A stretch of 64,000 bases of DNA from Octopus bimaculoides (Eukaryota). Position numbers and translations under genes: made by a program. Where the stretch lies: contig NC_068983.1 in assembly GCF_001194135.2 (NCBI RefSeq), positions 16,215,200 through 16,279,199 on the forward strand, given 5' to 3'. The notes beneath the pieces were generated by a model that saw only the letters and a program-made list of their open reading frames with translations, had not been told where the DNA came from and did not search any database. Positions 26,963-41,274 of this stretch are shown one piece after another. The stretch's first letter is position 1. Every line of letters starts with the position of its first letter.

Positions 26963-29497
26963 TTTATCTCTGACATGAACATTTTAACTTTTTTTGTAAG
27001 ATGATTTGTGCATGAATCTGTATGTCATCAGCAGAACACAGCTGGTTTGCAATGTGGCCAAATGAATATTGTCTTCTTGATACATTATTGTTATTACTAT
27101 TGTGTTATACCATACAGTATGCCAGCTTTGACTATTCCATCTTTTTACAGACCTATCTCAGATTAGATCATCCTATATGACCCTCCATCTGATTGTAGGG
27201 AATTTGTAATTCATCTGTCAAGAAAGCCAACTCTAGCTACAAAAGTATTCAAATTGAGAGAGTTATACCAGGGGCATGAACTATTGTGTGGAACAAAAAC
27301 AGCTAGGAAATTAGAATATAAAAACAGATGGAATGGACTATGTATAAAAAAAAAAAAACAGCCTTTAGTAGCAACTGGGTAGACCAGTGTTTCTCAAACT
27401 TTAACTATTGTCTCTTTTATTTTACTAATGCTTTCTCAATACCCCTCTTGCTACATCACCACCATTATTGTTTTAATGTCCACTTTTCTATATGCTTGCA
27501 TGGGTCAGACAAAATTCATTAAAGTAGATTTTCTACAGACAAATGCCCCTCCCGGCACTATCCTTATTTGTAATAATTACCCATGATCGAACGAATTTTC
27601 ATGTAAGAAAGGAAACAGACGACACTGCTTACATGACGGTGACACTCATTTACAACTAGAGTGATATGTTAAGACAAAGAGACACACACAATACAGATAT
27701 AGATAGATAGATAGATAGAGAGAGAGGACACGGATGCACACATTCATATATGTGGCTTGACTGTGTGGATAAGAAATTTCCTTCAAATCACATGGCTTTA
27801 GGTACAGTCCTACTGAGCAGCACGTCAGTCAAATATCTTCTACTTTAGCCCCAGGCTGAACAATGCTATGTGATTGAATTTGCCAGATGGAAACTGTACA
27901 AAGCTTGTCATACACGTGTGTGTGTGTTCTTTTGTGAATGTTTATATCACATGAAAAATCCCCGAGCTACAGTTGATGTTGTCTGTTGCAATTTCTCTGT
28001 CAATAAACTATTCACAACTCAGTGCTTTTAAAGATGTATGGAAAAATTTTTTTTAAATTCTTGTTCTTTAACTCATGTTTTTAAATTGTAAAACACTATG
28101 CCTAATGGTCTTGCAAGTTTGAAATGATTAAACTCTCTCTCTCACAAGATTCTAATAAAACTGAAATATGTCCATTACTATCACTCTCCCGTCAACAAAG
28201 ATCATATTTTTACCTAAAGTATGAAAATTTATAATTTTCTATGAAATTAAATAATTAATTTCTTGAAATTATCTCCCCTCTTTTTGACAGTCATTAACAA
28301 TTACTACTAAGTTTTTCTTTTCTTTCTTTAATTAAGAGGGAAATTCCAGTTATTTGAAGTCATTCATTGCATTAAGAGGGGCAACCAGCCATAGAAACCA
28401 TGCCAAATCAGATTGGAACCTTGTGCAGCTCTCCAGCTTACTAGTTTCAGTCAAACTGTCTAACCCATGCCAGCATGAGCATGAAAAGCAGACACTAAAA
28501 GACGATGATTCTTGTAAACATCATTCTGTACATCAACATCTACCTGATTTATTTAAATTTATACCACTGAGTTACACACACACACATGGTAGGCTTCTTT
28601 TAGCTTCCAGTGACCCAATCCACTCGCAAGGCTTTGGTTGGCCTGGGACTAGAGTAGAAAACACTTGCTTTAGGTACCACACAGAGGGACTAAACCTAAA
28701 ACCAAGTGGTTGGGAAGCAAACATCTGACCCACACAACTGTTCATATACATCATCATCATCATCATTTTATATCTGTTTTCCATGCTGGTGTGAGCCTGA
28801 CAGCTCGACAATATCCAAATCAGTTCTTATTGAAGTTATAGCTCCCCTAGACAGGTTGGAGGACCACATCTTGCTCAGATGTCAGAGTTTTGTCATGGTT
28901 TCTGCAGCTGGATGACCTTCCTAACAAAATAACTTTACAGAGTGTACATGGAGGTGGGGGGAGTGCTTTTTTTTCTGTAGCACCAACACTAAAGAAGTTG
29001 TCATGTCCTTGGCAAGAATAAAGAGCTTTTTTTTTTTTTTGATTTGGTGCTGTCTGTTTGATTTGCCTTATTCATGTTTTTTTTTAACAGTTTTTTAAAA
29101 ACATTTAATTTAATGTCTGATTACAGCAACTAAGACCTTTACAAGGCTTCCAAGACTGATAGGAGAAAAGGGGCAGAAGAAAGCACAACTGATGAGTCAC
29201 GACAGTAGAAGGCTGGCCTGAATACTTGCAACAAAAGAACCTTAGGGAGCAGGCAGTGATGGTAAAGAAGATGACAGACTATGGCTATAACACCCTAAAA
29301 TAGGAGCAAACTGCCACAGTTTCCCTCTAATTTTACTCACAAGGTTTGGGTGAACCTGAGGTTAGGTTAGAGACACTTAGTCAAAAGAGCTGCGCAATAC
29401 AGTTGAGTCTAAAACCACATGTTTGTGAAGCCCTTAATGAAATAGCATAACCTGACTTACAGAAGGAAGATAGGATAAATAAAAGAATATGAAATAC

Positions 29498-29581
29498 CTT
29501 GGTGGCGCATCATGTGCACTTTTAACTGGCTATTGGTGCGTGCATAGTAATCACAGAATTTACACTTGTATGGCCGGATAT
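29498..29581 (-). CDS. ZF gene exon E (84 nt): finger 10
   Basis: Acceptor cactgtactttcag|ATATCC, donor CAAG|gtattt, phase 1-1. Reads DIRPYKCKFCDYYARTNSQLKVHMMRHQ. Not in the ORF track. Confidence 0.9.
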
Positions 29582-29744
29582 CTGAAAGTACAGTGAAGTT
29601 ATTTGAATGTTAGGTGGTTAATGGGCAGAAATGATACAGTATTGGCGCTGCTTCAGTGGTAGCAAGATGAAACAACAAACTGATCAGGCATGAAAGTTAA
29701 ATCACATATTAACTGTACATGATAATTCCAGACCTCTACATCAA

Positions 29745-29781
<37 letters not shown>

Positions 29782-30132
29782 CGTGCGTGTGAGATTCAGT
29801 TTTAATGGTGAAATTTTTCAAGTAAGAAGTCACTTTTAATATTAAATATATGTCTCATTGTCATTGTTTTAATGTCCACTCTTTCATGTTTACATGGATC
29901 AGAAGGAATTCTTTGAGGCAGATATTCTATGGCTAGATGTCCTTCTTTTCACCAATCCTCACCTTTTTCTAAGTAAGGCAATATTTTCCCATGGCTGAAC
30001 ATGTTTTTTTTTTCTAGAAGACTGGATGGCAAACATGACAGTGGTACACATTTACAACTATCACATAATGTCAAGACATGAGACACAAATATAAACATAC
30101 ACATGTGTGTGTGTGTGTGTGTATATATATGT

Positions 30133-30471
30133 GCACATGGCTGAGTGGTCAGAGTGTCAGGCTCACAATCATGAGGTGGTGAGTTCGATTCCTGGACTGG
30201 GCTGTGTATTGTGTTCTTGAGCTAGACATTTTACTTCACGTTGCTCCAGTTCACTCAGCTGTAGAAATGAGTTGCGACGTCACTGGTGCCAAGCTGTATC
30301 GGCCTTTGCCTTTCCCTTGGATAATATCTTTGGTGTGAAGTGAGGAGGCTGATATGCATGGGTGACTACTGGTCTTTCATAAACAACCGTGTCCGAACTT
30401 GTACTTTGGAGAGTAACTTTCTAGGTGCAATCCCATGGTCAGTCATGACTGAAAGGGGTCTTTACCCTTTA
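30133..30471 (+). mobile_element. tRNA-derived SINE, third family, apparently full length
   Basis: A box tggctgagtgg and B box gagttcgattcc. Related 5' parts at 47441-47625, about 31480-31620, 38555-38690 and 44160-44300, and reverse near 55140-55273. Confidence 0.8.
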
Positions 30472-30550
30472 ATATATATATATAAATACACACACACACA
30501 CACACTTAATGATCTTCTTTCAGTTTCTGTCTGAAGTGGTGTGGCAATAT

Positions 30551-30595
<45 letters not shown>

Positions 30596-33500
30596 TGTCA
30601 GGTGGGAGGTAAGAAAGCATGCATGCGAGGGGTGTATAAGCATGTATGCGTGTGAGGGAGAAAAAAAAGAAAGATATTGGTGAAGCAAAAATGGTAGCAA
30701 AAAGAACGTGGAGGGTATGATTGGAGTTATGCAAGCATATGACAAAATCACACATGATTGTGAAACATTTTAAGAAGGAAGAATGATTTAAATTAAAATA
30801 TGAAAAAGAGAGAGAATGAGAGAAAAAGAGAGAATATATATGAGTTCTGTGGAGAGAAGAAACATAACAGAAAAAGGTAAAAAGAATTACAAAATGAAGA
30901 ATTTGAGTGTTCAAAGGATAGTGAAAAGGTTAGATGTATGCACGTGTATGCATGTGTGTATGTGTGTGTACATGCATATATATAATATGTGTTTTTTGTT
31001 CCAGAATAAGCATACCACATTTCCACAAGTAGTAAATGGCAATGTGAAGTGTTGGCAACAGGGAGGGCATCCAGCTGTGCAATGCTACCTTAGAGAACCT
31101 GTTTAACCTATGCCACATGAAAAAGCAGAATTAAGATAATGATGATGATGATGATGATATGCACAGGTATCAATATAGTGATAGACACAAAAGCTAAGAG
31201 ACAAATTGCAGATTTCTTGAATAAATTGTAAAGTTAACAATACTGAACTTCAGTTTGCTCCATACTGATTGTAAAAATAAATAATATAAATAAATGTATA
31301 CATGCAATTAATTATTTAGAATATATATATATATATATATATATGAATGTATAAATTTGCAGCCTGGCTGTGAAAAATGCACCAAGTAAATAGGCCCCAG
31401 AGTCTTCAGTAAAGATTCTGTGATCTATTCAAAGGTTTCATTTCAACAGCAAGACTGCATGTATGCTTGTGATGGCACATGCACTAGTGGTTAGGGATGT
31501 TGGGCTCATTGTCATCAGATCATTGTTTCAATTCCTGGACTGAGCAGTGAGTTGTGTCTCTTGATTAAGGCATTTTCTCAATAAAGTAGTCTATTTGACT
31601 GCAAATGAGTACCAGCTGAGTGAAGGTGCATCCCTTCTCCCTCCAGTTTTCCAAGCCTCAGTTTTTCACTGGAGCATGGGTGGGAGGACTGAGAGGATGT
31701 CTATGTCAGCTTCAGACCATGCAGGCACCTAAAACAATAAGCAAAAGCATACTTGGTTGCCAGTGATGGCTATAGTTTGGTTATAATTTCATATATGCAC
31801 TAACTATAGTGTATCTTGTGGAGTATGTCTCGTTATTGAGTATGTATGCTCCTATGAAGCTAATTTTATGTTGAGCAATTTGAGGCGGTCCCCCACCGCC
31901 CTGTTAAGATACTGTCATTCAGTGGGGGTGTAAAGCACATTTGCCTGTCTGCTTTTGGTAATCTTATGATCAACCCTTGTGACAAATGGGCACAGAAATT
32001 CTGTCTTTCACACTGCCTGGAGAGAGAGATATGGTTTGCAAAACACAGTTTTTCAGCAGAAGACTTGCTACTGATGTAAGATTATGTGTGTTTCTTTTAC
32101 ATTGTGTATCAGGGGCTAACTGTTTCCATCTATTCTTTTCCGGATTAAATTTGTGTCATGACTCCAAATAACTCATAAATTTATGAATACTTTTTGAGCA
32201 CAACTGGCAGAGAATATCTTGCAAAGACTAATTGTATGTGTGTTTGTGTGTGTAGAGAGAGAGAGACAGATAGACAGACAAAGAGAGAGAGAATGAAAAT
32301 AAGTCAATATGTCCAATTTGTTCAACAATCAGTAGAGATAGTGGTGGAGAAGATTTGATCCAGTCCATTCACTTTGAACATATGATTGTCTTCCTAGACT
32401 GCTGAAAAACCAGGTGATCTACTTTCACAATGGGACTAAATACAAAAAGATATGACCAATGTATATATATTTGTAGATACATAGTCTTAGTGCTGCTTAG
32501 TGCAGTGCATATCATCGGTGTCATCATTGTTTAGCCTTAAGTCAACCTTAGGTAAGTAGAGTAATGATCAAAAATGTTCCAGCAGCAACCATCCTGTCTT
32601 TAATTTCAGACATGATGTATCTGGAATCACGTCATCCAATATGTCGTTCCACTTTTAAGATGATAGGGTGTGAGTTGAAAGGGGTTATGGCAGCTATTTG
32701 TGGCATGTAGAGATGGCCTTGCTGTCTCAAGTGAGCATCATAGTAGTGAAAAGTCATGATGTAAAAGTGAGAAGTTTGATAACAGATAAAAAAAAATCAG
32801 AACAGAACAGCATTTGTCACTGTCACAGAAATAAAATCTTTCATTTCTACAATGTTGGCAGGTAAACTGTCCCCACCTACCCGACCAAAACCCATTTTAG
32901 TTGCAAGTGCAATGTGATAATAGGTATACTGTATCTCTATAGATTGTAAGAGTTAACTAAAAAGGTTTAACATCAGAAAGGGAATCAGGCTATAAAACAC
33001 TGCCTATTGGAGTGTGACCACAATGTGAGATTTAATTTGGGTGTAACCATAATGTAATAATCATATATTGACTTCATTGTTATCCTGGTTTTCATCAGAC
33101 AGTGGTTAAAAATCCCATGGGTTAACATCATCATTGTCATCATCCTCATCATCATTTTTGTTTGCTTTTCGAAGATGGTTAGACAGAAATTTTTGGAGCA
33201 GTGTTTATACAGCAAAATGCCCTACCTCATGTGACTCCTTTAAGTCGCCCCTTACCACACAGAGATAAAATGTACTTATTCTAAAAACCACAATATACAT
33301 GATATAATTTGGAGCTAAAAGTATTGATCCGCAGCAGTTTTTTTTGTATTTTTTTTCCCTGACTGGTATGAATAGTAAAAATAAGCTGGCATAAATATAT
33401 AATGATGTGGAGATTTACTAGACATTTAGCATCAACTGAACAATTAATGTCACAACATCTTTGTTTCTGATTAAACACTTATTCAGAAATTACAGTGTCC

Positions 33501-33690
33501 TCTAATACATCATGATAAACAATATATACTACCCCAATAGTTTACAGAACTAAACTGTTAATCTGATATACTTTTATAAATTGGAATAAATGATCTTAAT
33601 GCATTTTATTAATTAATCTATGAAGGAAAGGAGCTTTTGTGTGTATCAAAATGTTGGGTGGTTATGACGGGTTTGCATGGTTGATGTTTT

Positions 33691-33959
33691 GGCTCTTGTG
33701 CGGGCGGCACATAAAATACACCATTTTGAGCGTGGCCGTTGCCAGTACCGTCTGACTGGCCCTCGTGCGGGTGACACGTAAAAGCACCCACTACACTCTC
33801 TGAGTGGTTGGTGTTAGGAAGGGCATCCAGCTGTAGAAACTCTGCCAAATCAGATTGGAGCCTGGTGTTGTCATCCGGTTTCACCAGTCCTCAGTCAAAT
33901 CGTCCAACCCATGCTAGCATGGAAAGCGGACGTTAAATGATGATGATGATGATGATGAT
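33691..33959 (+). mobile_element. (GAT)n-tailed SINE/retroposon family 1, 5'-truncated copy
   Basis: Near-identical to 49140-49345 and 56187-56445; ends gcggacgttaaa(tga)n. Confidence 0.85.
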
Positions 33960-34281
33960 CACTGTTTGGTGAGTCATGGATGGATTTCACGCTATGATGG
34001 AAGAAAGTAAAAGCAGTTAAGGAATGTATTTCTAAAGAGTAAGGATTGGGTAAAGAAGTGTCACATGTAGGGATAAGTAGACAAAGAGAAATAATGAAAC
34101 CAGCAGTAACTGGGAGATGAAATCAGAATGAAACAGCACAACATCACAGCTTATATTGTTTTTAAAGGATTAAGTCAAGGAAGTCTATTTATATGTATCT
34201 GTGTCACATACCCATGCTAAGAGATGTGTGTGTATGTGTCATACACTTGCTGATATGTATATATGCTACACAGCTTTGTTA

Positions 34282-34509
34282 TTAACCCTTTAGCATTTAA
34301 ACCGGCCATATGCGGCCAAAATATTCTACCTGCTTTAGGTTCAAACAGGCCAGATCTTTCCTCTCACACCTACCCAACAATGTCATTCTAAAAATAAACA
34401 GTTATAACATCAAAATCTCAAAAATACAAGATAATCCAGGATTAATTTCAAGTAATGTAAATAAATAAGCATTTCATTTGACAAAATAATCTGAATGCTA
34501 AAGGGTTAA
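34282..34509 (+). mobile_element. TTAA-flanked piggyBac-type MITE, family A (best copy, 220 bp)
   Basis: TTAA|CCCTTTAGCATT ... AATGCTAAAGGG|TTAA: 12-bp perfect TIR and TTAA duplication. Confidence 0.85.
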
Positions 34510-35242
34510 TAAAAAACATGTATGTGTGTATTTATGTCACACCTTTGCTATTAAAGGAATGTGTATATGTACGTGATGCACCTTCGCTAAAAATGTAATG
34601 TATGTATGTCACACACCTTTACTGTTATTCTAAAATAAAAATACAATACAAAATAGAATTTAAAGGTATTTTATATTTTAAATTACAAAAACGGAAATGT
34701 CAACAGGAATTTCAAACTAATTTTTTTGATTTGATTTTCACGCTAAATTAGTTTCATGCATATCAAAGGATACAAGTTCATCAAAGGTCAGACAATAAGC
34801 ATACTTAACATGCATTACAACGATAAACTTTGGCCATTGCTTTTCTTTTCTACTTAGCTAAATTTTACAATCTCCTTTCTCCAATCCCAAGCAAATTACT
34901 TTGGAATGAACTGGTTTACTAATTGCTTTCTTGTCTTTTGATCACATCCAACAGACACACAGCACTGAGATATATATACACATCCAGACACCTCCCCACT
35001 AAATTAAGCATTCAATAAATAACCAAAATCCCATTTTGAAGTAACATGCACAAAAACAAGCATAAATAGACACACACACACACCTCTGCCCCCCACACAA
35101 AGAGTCAATGTAATATGTATTTGCATCACCTTTTACTTCTATATTTTTAGTGTCTTATTGTTAATGCCATTGGCTAAATTAATTCATTTGAGAGATGATA
35201 GCAAAGCATTATGGTTAAATCAACATCAATCTACTGCATATT

Positions 35243-35466
35243 CTAACACATTTGATACCTACCTGTCTGAGACCAGCTCTTGTCTTATAATACAAATTTC
35301 GTATTGAAGTGATCTTGATTAAAACCTTTTGTCAAAATTCACACTCATTTATGTGCCAAACACTATCTTAATAACAAAGTTATTTCAAGAAAGTCTTCAT
35401 TATTTTCAAAATTAATTGCAACAGAATCAGTGTATTTCAGCAGAAATACAGTAACAAAAGGGTTAA
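35243..35466 (+). mobile_element. Second TTAA-type MITE family (degenerate)
   Basis: Ends gtaacaaaagggTTAA and begins with decayed ctaacacatttgatacc. The internal sequence differs from family A. Confidence 0.45.
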
Positions 35467-35474
35467 AGTCAATA

Positions 35475-35700
35475 AACTCAATGGACTGGCAGACGTGTGT
35501 GTTAATCAAAGACACCTTGTAGTATTTAATTATGGCCTTTCATTATGCAAGTTCAAACTTTATTGAGGTCAATCATGTCTTTCATCTATTCAGAGACAAT
35601 AAAATAACGTACCAGTCGAGTACTTGGGTGGATTTAATTGACTATACCTGTCCCACTACAAGCAATTTGTATCCTGCTGCCAATGTTAGAAATGAATAAT
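35475..35700 (+). mobile_element. Degenerate Meta-like SINE in the opposite orientation
   Basis: caagttcaaactt..gaggtcaatcatgtctttcatctattcagagacaataaaataacgtaccag on the + strand. Confidence 0.55.
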
Positions 35701-38119
35701 TACTTCACTTCCTATCACCAGAGATATTTATCAGTGATCATCCCTATTGATTTTTATGAGATAGGAGATTTGTGGCATTCATGCTGTTTCTGAGCACAAT
35801 GGTAGTACAAGTGAGCAAAATATAATAAAGAATTGAAACTGTATTACAGATATAGGGACTTACCTGTAGCTCAATGGTACTCGGCTTACACATGTTTGAA
35901 CACACACTTTCATGCATAAACACACACACGTTATCATGCACAAGAATGCATGCACATGATCAAATACACATCCTGAAGCACACATAGATACACACACATC
36001 CTGTAGAAGAGATGGTGTTATTTTAAGGTCACCAGTTTTAAGAACAGTGGATGTGTGATGTGATTATATAAAAGGCAGAAAAAGAAGAGGCACCTTGAAG
36101 TAAATACTGCATGCTAGTACTTGAACAGTTTCTCATCAGCAACAACAAAAAGATACATCTGGCAATTAAACAGTTGATCAAGAAAAGAAGAGAGAGAGAG
36201 AGAGAGAGAGAGAGAATAGTTTCCATGCTTACATTTTAGCAACTGGATCTAGTGATCAACACAAATGCAATATTTCAAAAGAGCATTTGTCAAAAGAAAG
36301 CCAAATAATAAAATAAATGAAACAGTCATAATCATAATGACAACAATAACAATAACAAAAAAAGCCCCTCCCCCACCCAAATTACTACTATAAAAAATTT
36401 AGAGTCAATTATTATTGGTTTTTTTTTCTTGTTCTTTTAGTTGAGAAATATTGACATCTTTTGACTAGGCACAAATGCCCTTAAATAGACATTAAAATTT
36501 TTTTTTTTTTAAATTCACAATAAAGTCTGTAAGTACACTCAAACAAAGTGGGTACTTCCATAAGAGTATGGGCTTGTAGACAAAGTTAATTTTTTTGCAC
36601 AACTAACTGCAATGGCAGAGAAATAAAAACCAAAGAAAGAATTAAAGAATCCTCATCTTACATACAAACTCGCAAGCATAAAACAAAAAACACATATACA
36701 TGCGTTTATATAGACATACATAATTAAGTCTAAATTTTATCTGCAACATCACATAAAATGAATATATATATATATATAGATAGATGGATAGATATGTATA
36801 TCTCTACATACAAATATATATACATATATATATATACATATATATAAAAATTAAAATTGAATTTTTTTTTTTTTGTTAAAAAAGAAGCCAGATGAAACCC
36901 TCACCCGTTTTAGGAACTTGTTTTGTTACATCTAGGGCATATGTATATCCTTCCAAGGTCATCTCCCCTTGTCTGTTCTGAATCGCACCAGTCTCAACTG
37001 ACAAGTGAAAAAAGATGGGACGCTGTGATGTACTTGAGCAAGAGAAACAGCCCACCACCCCATACACATACAAAAGAAGTTAAGAATAACAAGTGTTTAA
37101 AAGTCAAAGAGCGCTCCCACTTTCTGCTCACAAACAAAGATGACTATGAATGCATATGTACAGACACTTATGATTTACAGGTTTATTTTCATTTAATGAT
37201 GACAAGTACGTTTCTGAAATAAAAATATAAACCTTGGTTTTCTCTCTCTCTCTCTCTTACACATTTTAACACTTCTTCACTACACACCATGGAGTTCAGT
37301 TATCTTTTAAGATATCTGAATATATTTAGATTCAAAACATTTCTTGATTTTAATGAATCTTTAATTTATATCAGAAGTGGTCAGTTGTCCATATACTATC
37401 TATCTCTCTCTCTCTCACACAAAGTTTTTATGTTTAGTTATATATTAAAACAATATAACATTACACTGAAAAATTACCCAACACCTTTTAGTAGAGTAAA
37501 TGTTTATTCAACTTTTACAAGAAGAGGGATGACCATGACTTCATAGCTTCAGCCTGCTAGCCTCCATCAAACTGTATTGTGTGTGTGTGTACATTTTACA
37601 TCAATTTTTTCCAAGCTAGCATGGGCAAGGCAAATATACATGCAGTACTGCTTTTATAGCTTGATGCCCTTCCTGTGACTAACCCTTACCTATTTTTCAA
37701 GTAACAGAAATTCATACCACCCTTCATTCCGCAACTTTGAAGGCACAAAGTAGGAGCCGATTCATTGGCAGGGAAATATCAACAAACATCACTGTTTGTA
37801 GCTCTCTGTGACTTTTCATTGCTAAGTGCAGGCCATAAAAATTCACACATACACACCATGCACACATACATTTACTGCTTTCAGTCATTGGACTGCTGCT
37901 GGATTACAGCAGCAACACTACCTTTCCACTAACAACTTTAATAACAGATGCATTGTGTCTACTACCTAGTTCAAGTCCTGAGATGCTACATACATAGACA
38001 AACTTAAAGCAAAGTAATAGTATTAGAACCCACAAACATCATACAACATTGTCACTAATTTGACAAACCAAATGTATGAACAGAGACTTGAGGCAGGTTG
38101 TACAATGAGAGTACAGTGG

Positions 38120-38120
<1 letters not shown>

Positions 38121-38210
<90 letters not shown>
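38121..38210. repeat. (AAT)~30 microsatellite
   Basis: Perfect trinucleotide run. Confidence 0.97.
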
Positions 38211-40802
38211 TTTCTTTTGTAATTATGCAACATGACAGAATTAATTACTAAGCTATTCCAATAATTTCAAATACATTTTAATACTGATTTCTCCACCCAG
38301 CTTTAGAATTCACCACAACCTACCCCCAAACACCTATGTATAACAGCACTCATTCATCATTATTTCATTTATAAAAATAACAATCAATGAATAAATATTT
38401 GTTGGGTACAGCAAAAATACATGATTTTTTTTTTAAAGTTTAAATTTCTCTAGTAATAGAGGAAGTTGAGATATTTGAATTGTTTCCATTTTATATTTCA
38501 GAAGTTGAAACTTGTAATGTCTGGTTATATCAAAACATATATCAATGGTTGTGAAGGCTTGTTGTCTAGTTGTTAGGCTGTTGGGCTAATGATGATCAAG
38601 TCATAGGTTCAATTTCTGGATTAGGTGGCATGTCGTGTCTTCAAGCGAAGTACTCCACTCAGCTGAAAATGGGCACCAACCTACTAATAGTGCAGCTCTC
38701 TCCCCTTCCAGATGTTTTGCAAGGTCAAGGATAGGAGACCATCATCATCGTTATCATCATTTAACATCTGTTTTCTATACTGGTATGGGTTGGACAACTT
38801 GACAGGAGCTGGCAAACCAAAAGACTGCACCAGGCTTCACTTCGCAGAGTCTTTATGACTGGATGCCCTTCCTAATGCCATGAGGACTATTAGATGCAAC
38901 CAAACTATTGGATGCTGTTATACACAACTGGTCATAATGCAATTTCTCACATTGTTGTTGCTTTTGAATGATAATACTCCACTGTTAGGTGGACAGCAAA
39001 ATTACCCCTGAATAGCCGATCCAGGATCACCCATTTACAGCTAAGTAGACTGGAGCAATGTGAAATGAAGTGTTTTGTTCAACACAATGCACTAACAGAC
39101 TACAAACTGAAACCACAAAGCCATGCACCTACACTATGACTACATAGGTACCTAAAACAACTTGTGAAAGCATGATACATACTTGATTCTGAGTGATGAC
39201 TACATAAATATAAGCAACTAATATAGACAAGATCATTTCAGAATCTGCACCAAGCAACTGTAGATCAGTGGTTCCTAAATGTTGTGTCGCAGTGCATTAG
39301 TGCACCACAAGAGGAATTGAGGTGTGCTGCAGATTTTCCAAAAAAATAATTTAAAGCTTTAGAAAAAATTCATAACAACGTTTGAGCTTCTTGTAAAGCA
39401 TGTTATTCCGAATTTTGTTATAAAGTATAATTAATGAAATAAGGTGAGCAAAAGTTTTCTCACATTTTTTTTTCTTAAAAATTTTTTCACTTCAAAATAT
39501 TTTCGTAATCTTCCCTAAGTTTTACCAGTCATTTTTGGTTTGATCTTCAGTCTACTACAAAATCTATAAGATTGAAAACCCACTGTGGTAAAGAATAATA
39601 CCTACTATGGTAGAAATTATTCTTTACAGTGATTTTTCATTTTTATAAAAATTCACACCAAGTGAACAACTGATAGCTGCAACAGTACATCTTATATTTT
39701 TTCTCTCTAGCCCATAGAACAATAACTGCAGCTGACAGTAGCTTTAAATGGTAACTAACATTGCAATTCCTTTTCACTTATTTATTTATTTATTTTTTTC
39801 AAAGATCATTAATAGCTTATAATTCCTTCAGGACAAGATATCCAATATATTAAATACAGATTCTCCAACTCCCCACATAATATCATGTCTCAAAGGAGGA
39901 CAACTCTTCACTGATATTTACAATCTTCCACTATGTATATCTGATTTAACTGCTGGCTGTTTATATTAGTGACCCAGCACCATCACTATATTAATTATCA
40001 TTTATGAGACAATTTTGAAAATACATCCTTCAGTGGGAAGTGATATAATAGTCACTGATACATATTAAGCTGGTGGTATTGTGTGAACTAAAGACTGAGT
40101 TCAAACCTGTTATTATCACAGACCAAATGTATTGTTACAAAGATATATTTATTTGATGTGAGAAAACCTTAACTATCCTTTCACACACTTAGTCTTTAAT
40201 AATTTACAGTGATTTTTAGACTTGTTTGGCAGAATATGTAAAAAAAATATTCAGTTATAAGGAACAGTATATTGTCTGTTATCTCAATGTTATTGTTATA
40301 CAACCTACCAAGTGTTTGCCTCCATGTTTAGGCCTAAGCTCTATTTATACCTCAACAAACCATTTTTCATATCAATAGTTGTATTTTGTATTTGAATCAA
40401 GTCTATTTCCTAGTTGGCCTTCTCTAAGCACACCTCATAAGATGGCAGCCAATCAAATTAAATGTTTGATCATGGTAAGATTAGGAAGTTAGACTACTGG
40501 TCACACTAACTGTCTCTTACAATCATTTTATAGCAAGCAACCTTAAGTGAAGCCAGATTTTTCTTTTTGCTTTACTTTGCTCCAACTAACTTAAAAGAAA
40601 AATAAGCCCCACTTCTAATTTGTGGTCAAGTGGTCACCAATTACAAAGTCAATTATGAAATCAGTTCCCGGAATGTTAAGCAAATGTAATAAATTGGTAA
40701 AAATCACAGCATGGAATTGTAAAAAGACATCAATGAAAACATTTATGCAAAACAAATTTTGAGAACAGGTCATTTTTACTCTCAAATGCTGATTCTGAAA
40801 GT

Positions 40803-41022
40803 TTAACCCTTTAGCATTTAAATTGGCCATATCCAGCCCAAATATTTTGTTTTAAGATCAAACTGATCAGATCCAGCCTTTCACACCAATCCGACATCTT
40901 TCAAAAATAAATAATGACATCATGGAAATCTTGAAGCTATGAGGTAAAGCATTATTAATTCAAAACAATGTGAATAAATAAGCATCACATTTAACAGAAA
41001 AATCTGAATGCTAAAGGGTTAA
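40803..41022 (+). mobile_element. piggyBac-type MITE family A copy
   Basis: Same TTAA plus CCCTTTAGCATT termini and the same internal sequence as 34282-34509. Confidence 0.85.
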
Positions 41023-41110
41023 AGAAAATTTCTTCACCTTTAGTTGTTGTCCAATGCTAAGTCAGCTCTGATTGAGAACATCTTTGATCAAAAGTATTAC
41101 AGCCACAACC

Positions 41111-41274
41111 CTCTATACCAGTGGTTCCCAACCTTTTCACTATCAAGGACCCCTTTTATCTAAATGAGTTTTCCCACGGACCCCAGAATATTGAAAGGTC
41201 TGTCAACTTAACAAGCTGATGGATCCCCCAGTACTACCTTTGCAGACCACAGGTTGGGAATCACTGCTCTATAT
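41111..41274. mobile_element. hAT (Charlie-like) MITE, 148 bp, with 8-bp TSD
   Basis: TIR cagtggttcccaacc / ggttgggaatcactg (14/15), element 41119-41266. TSD ctctatac / ctctatat. Confidence 0.85.

Noticed and set aside
30133-30210. tRNA gene (A and B boxes)
   Set aside because: It continues into a dispersed SINE body, and I could not build a cloverleaf. The same applies to the other SINE heads.
39266-39585. Second hAT MITE
   Set aside because: It has CAGTGG-type ends, but the TIRs are poorly matched and there is no 8-bp TSD. Left uncalled.
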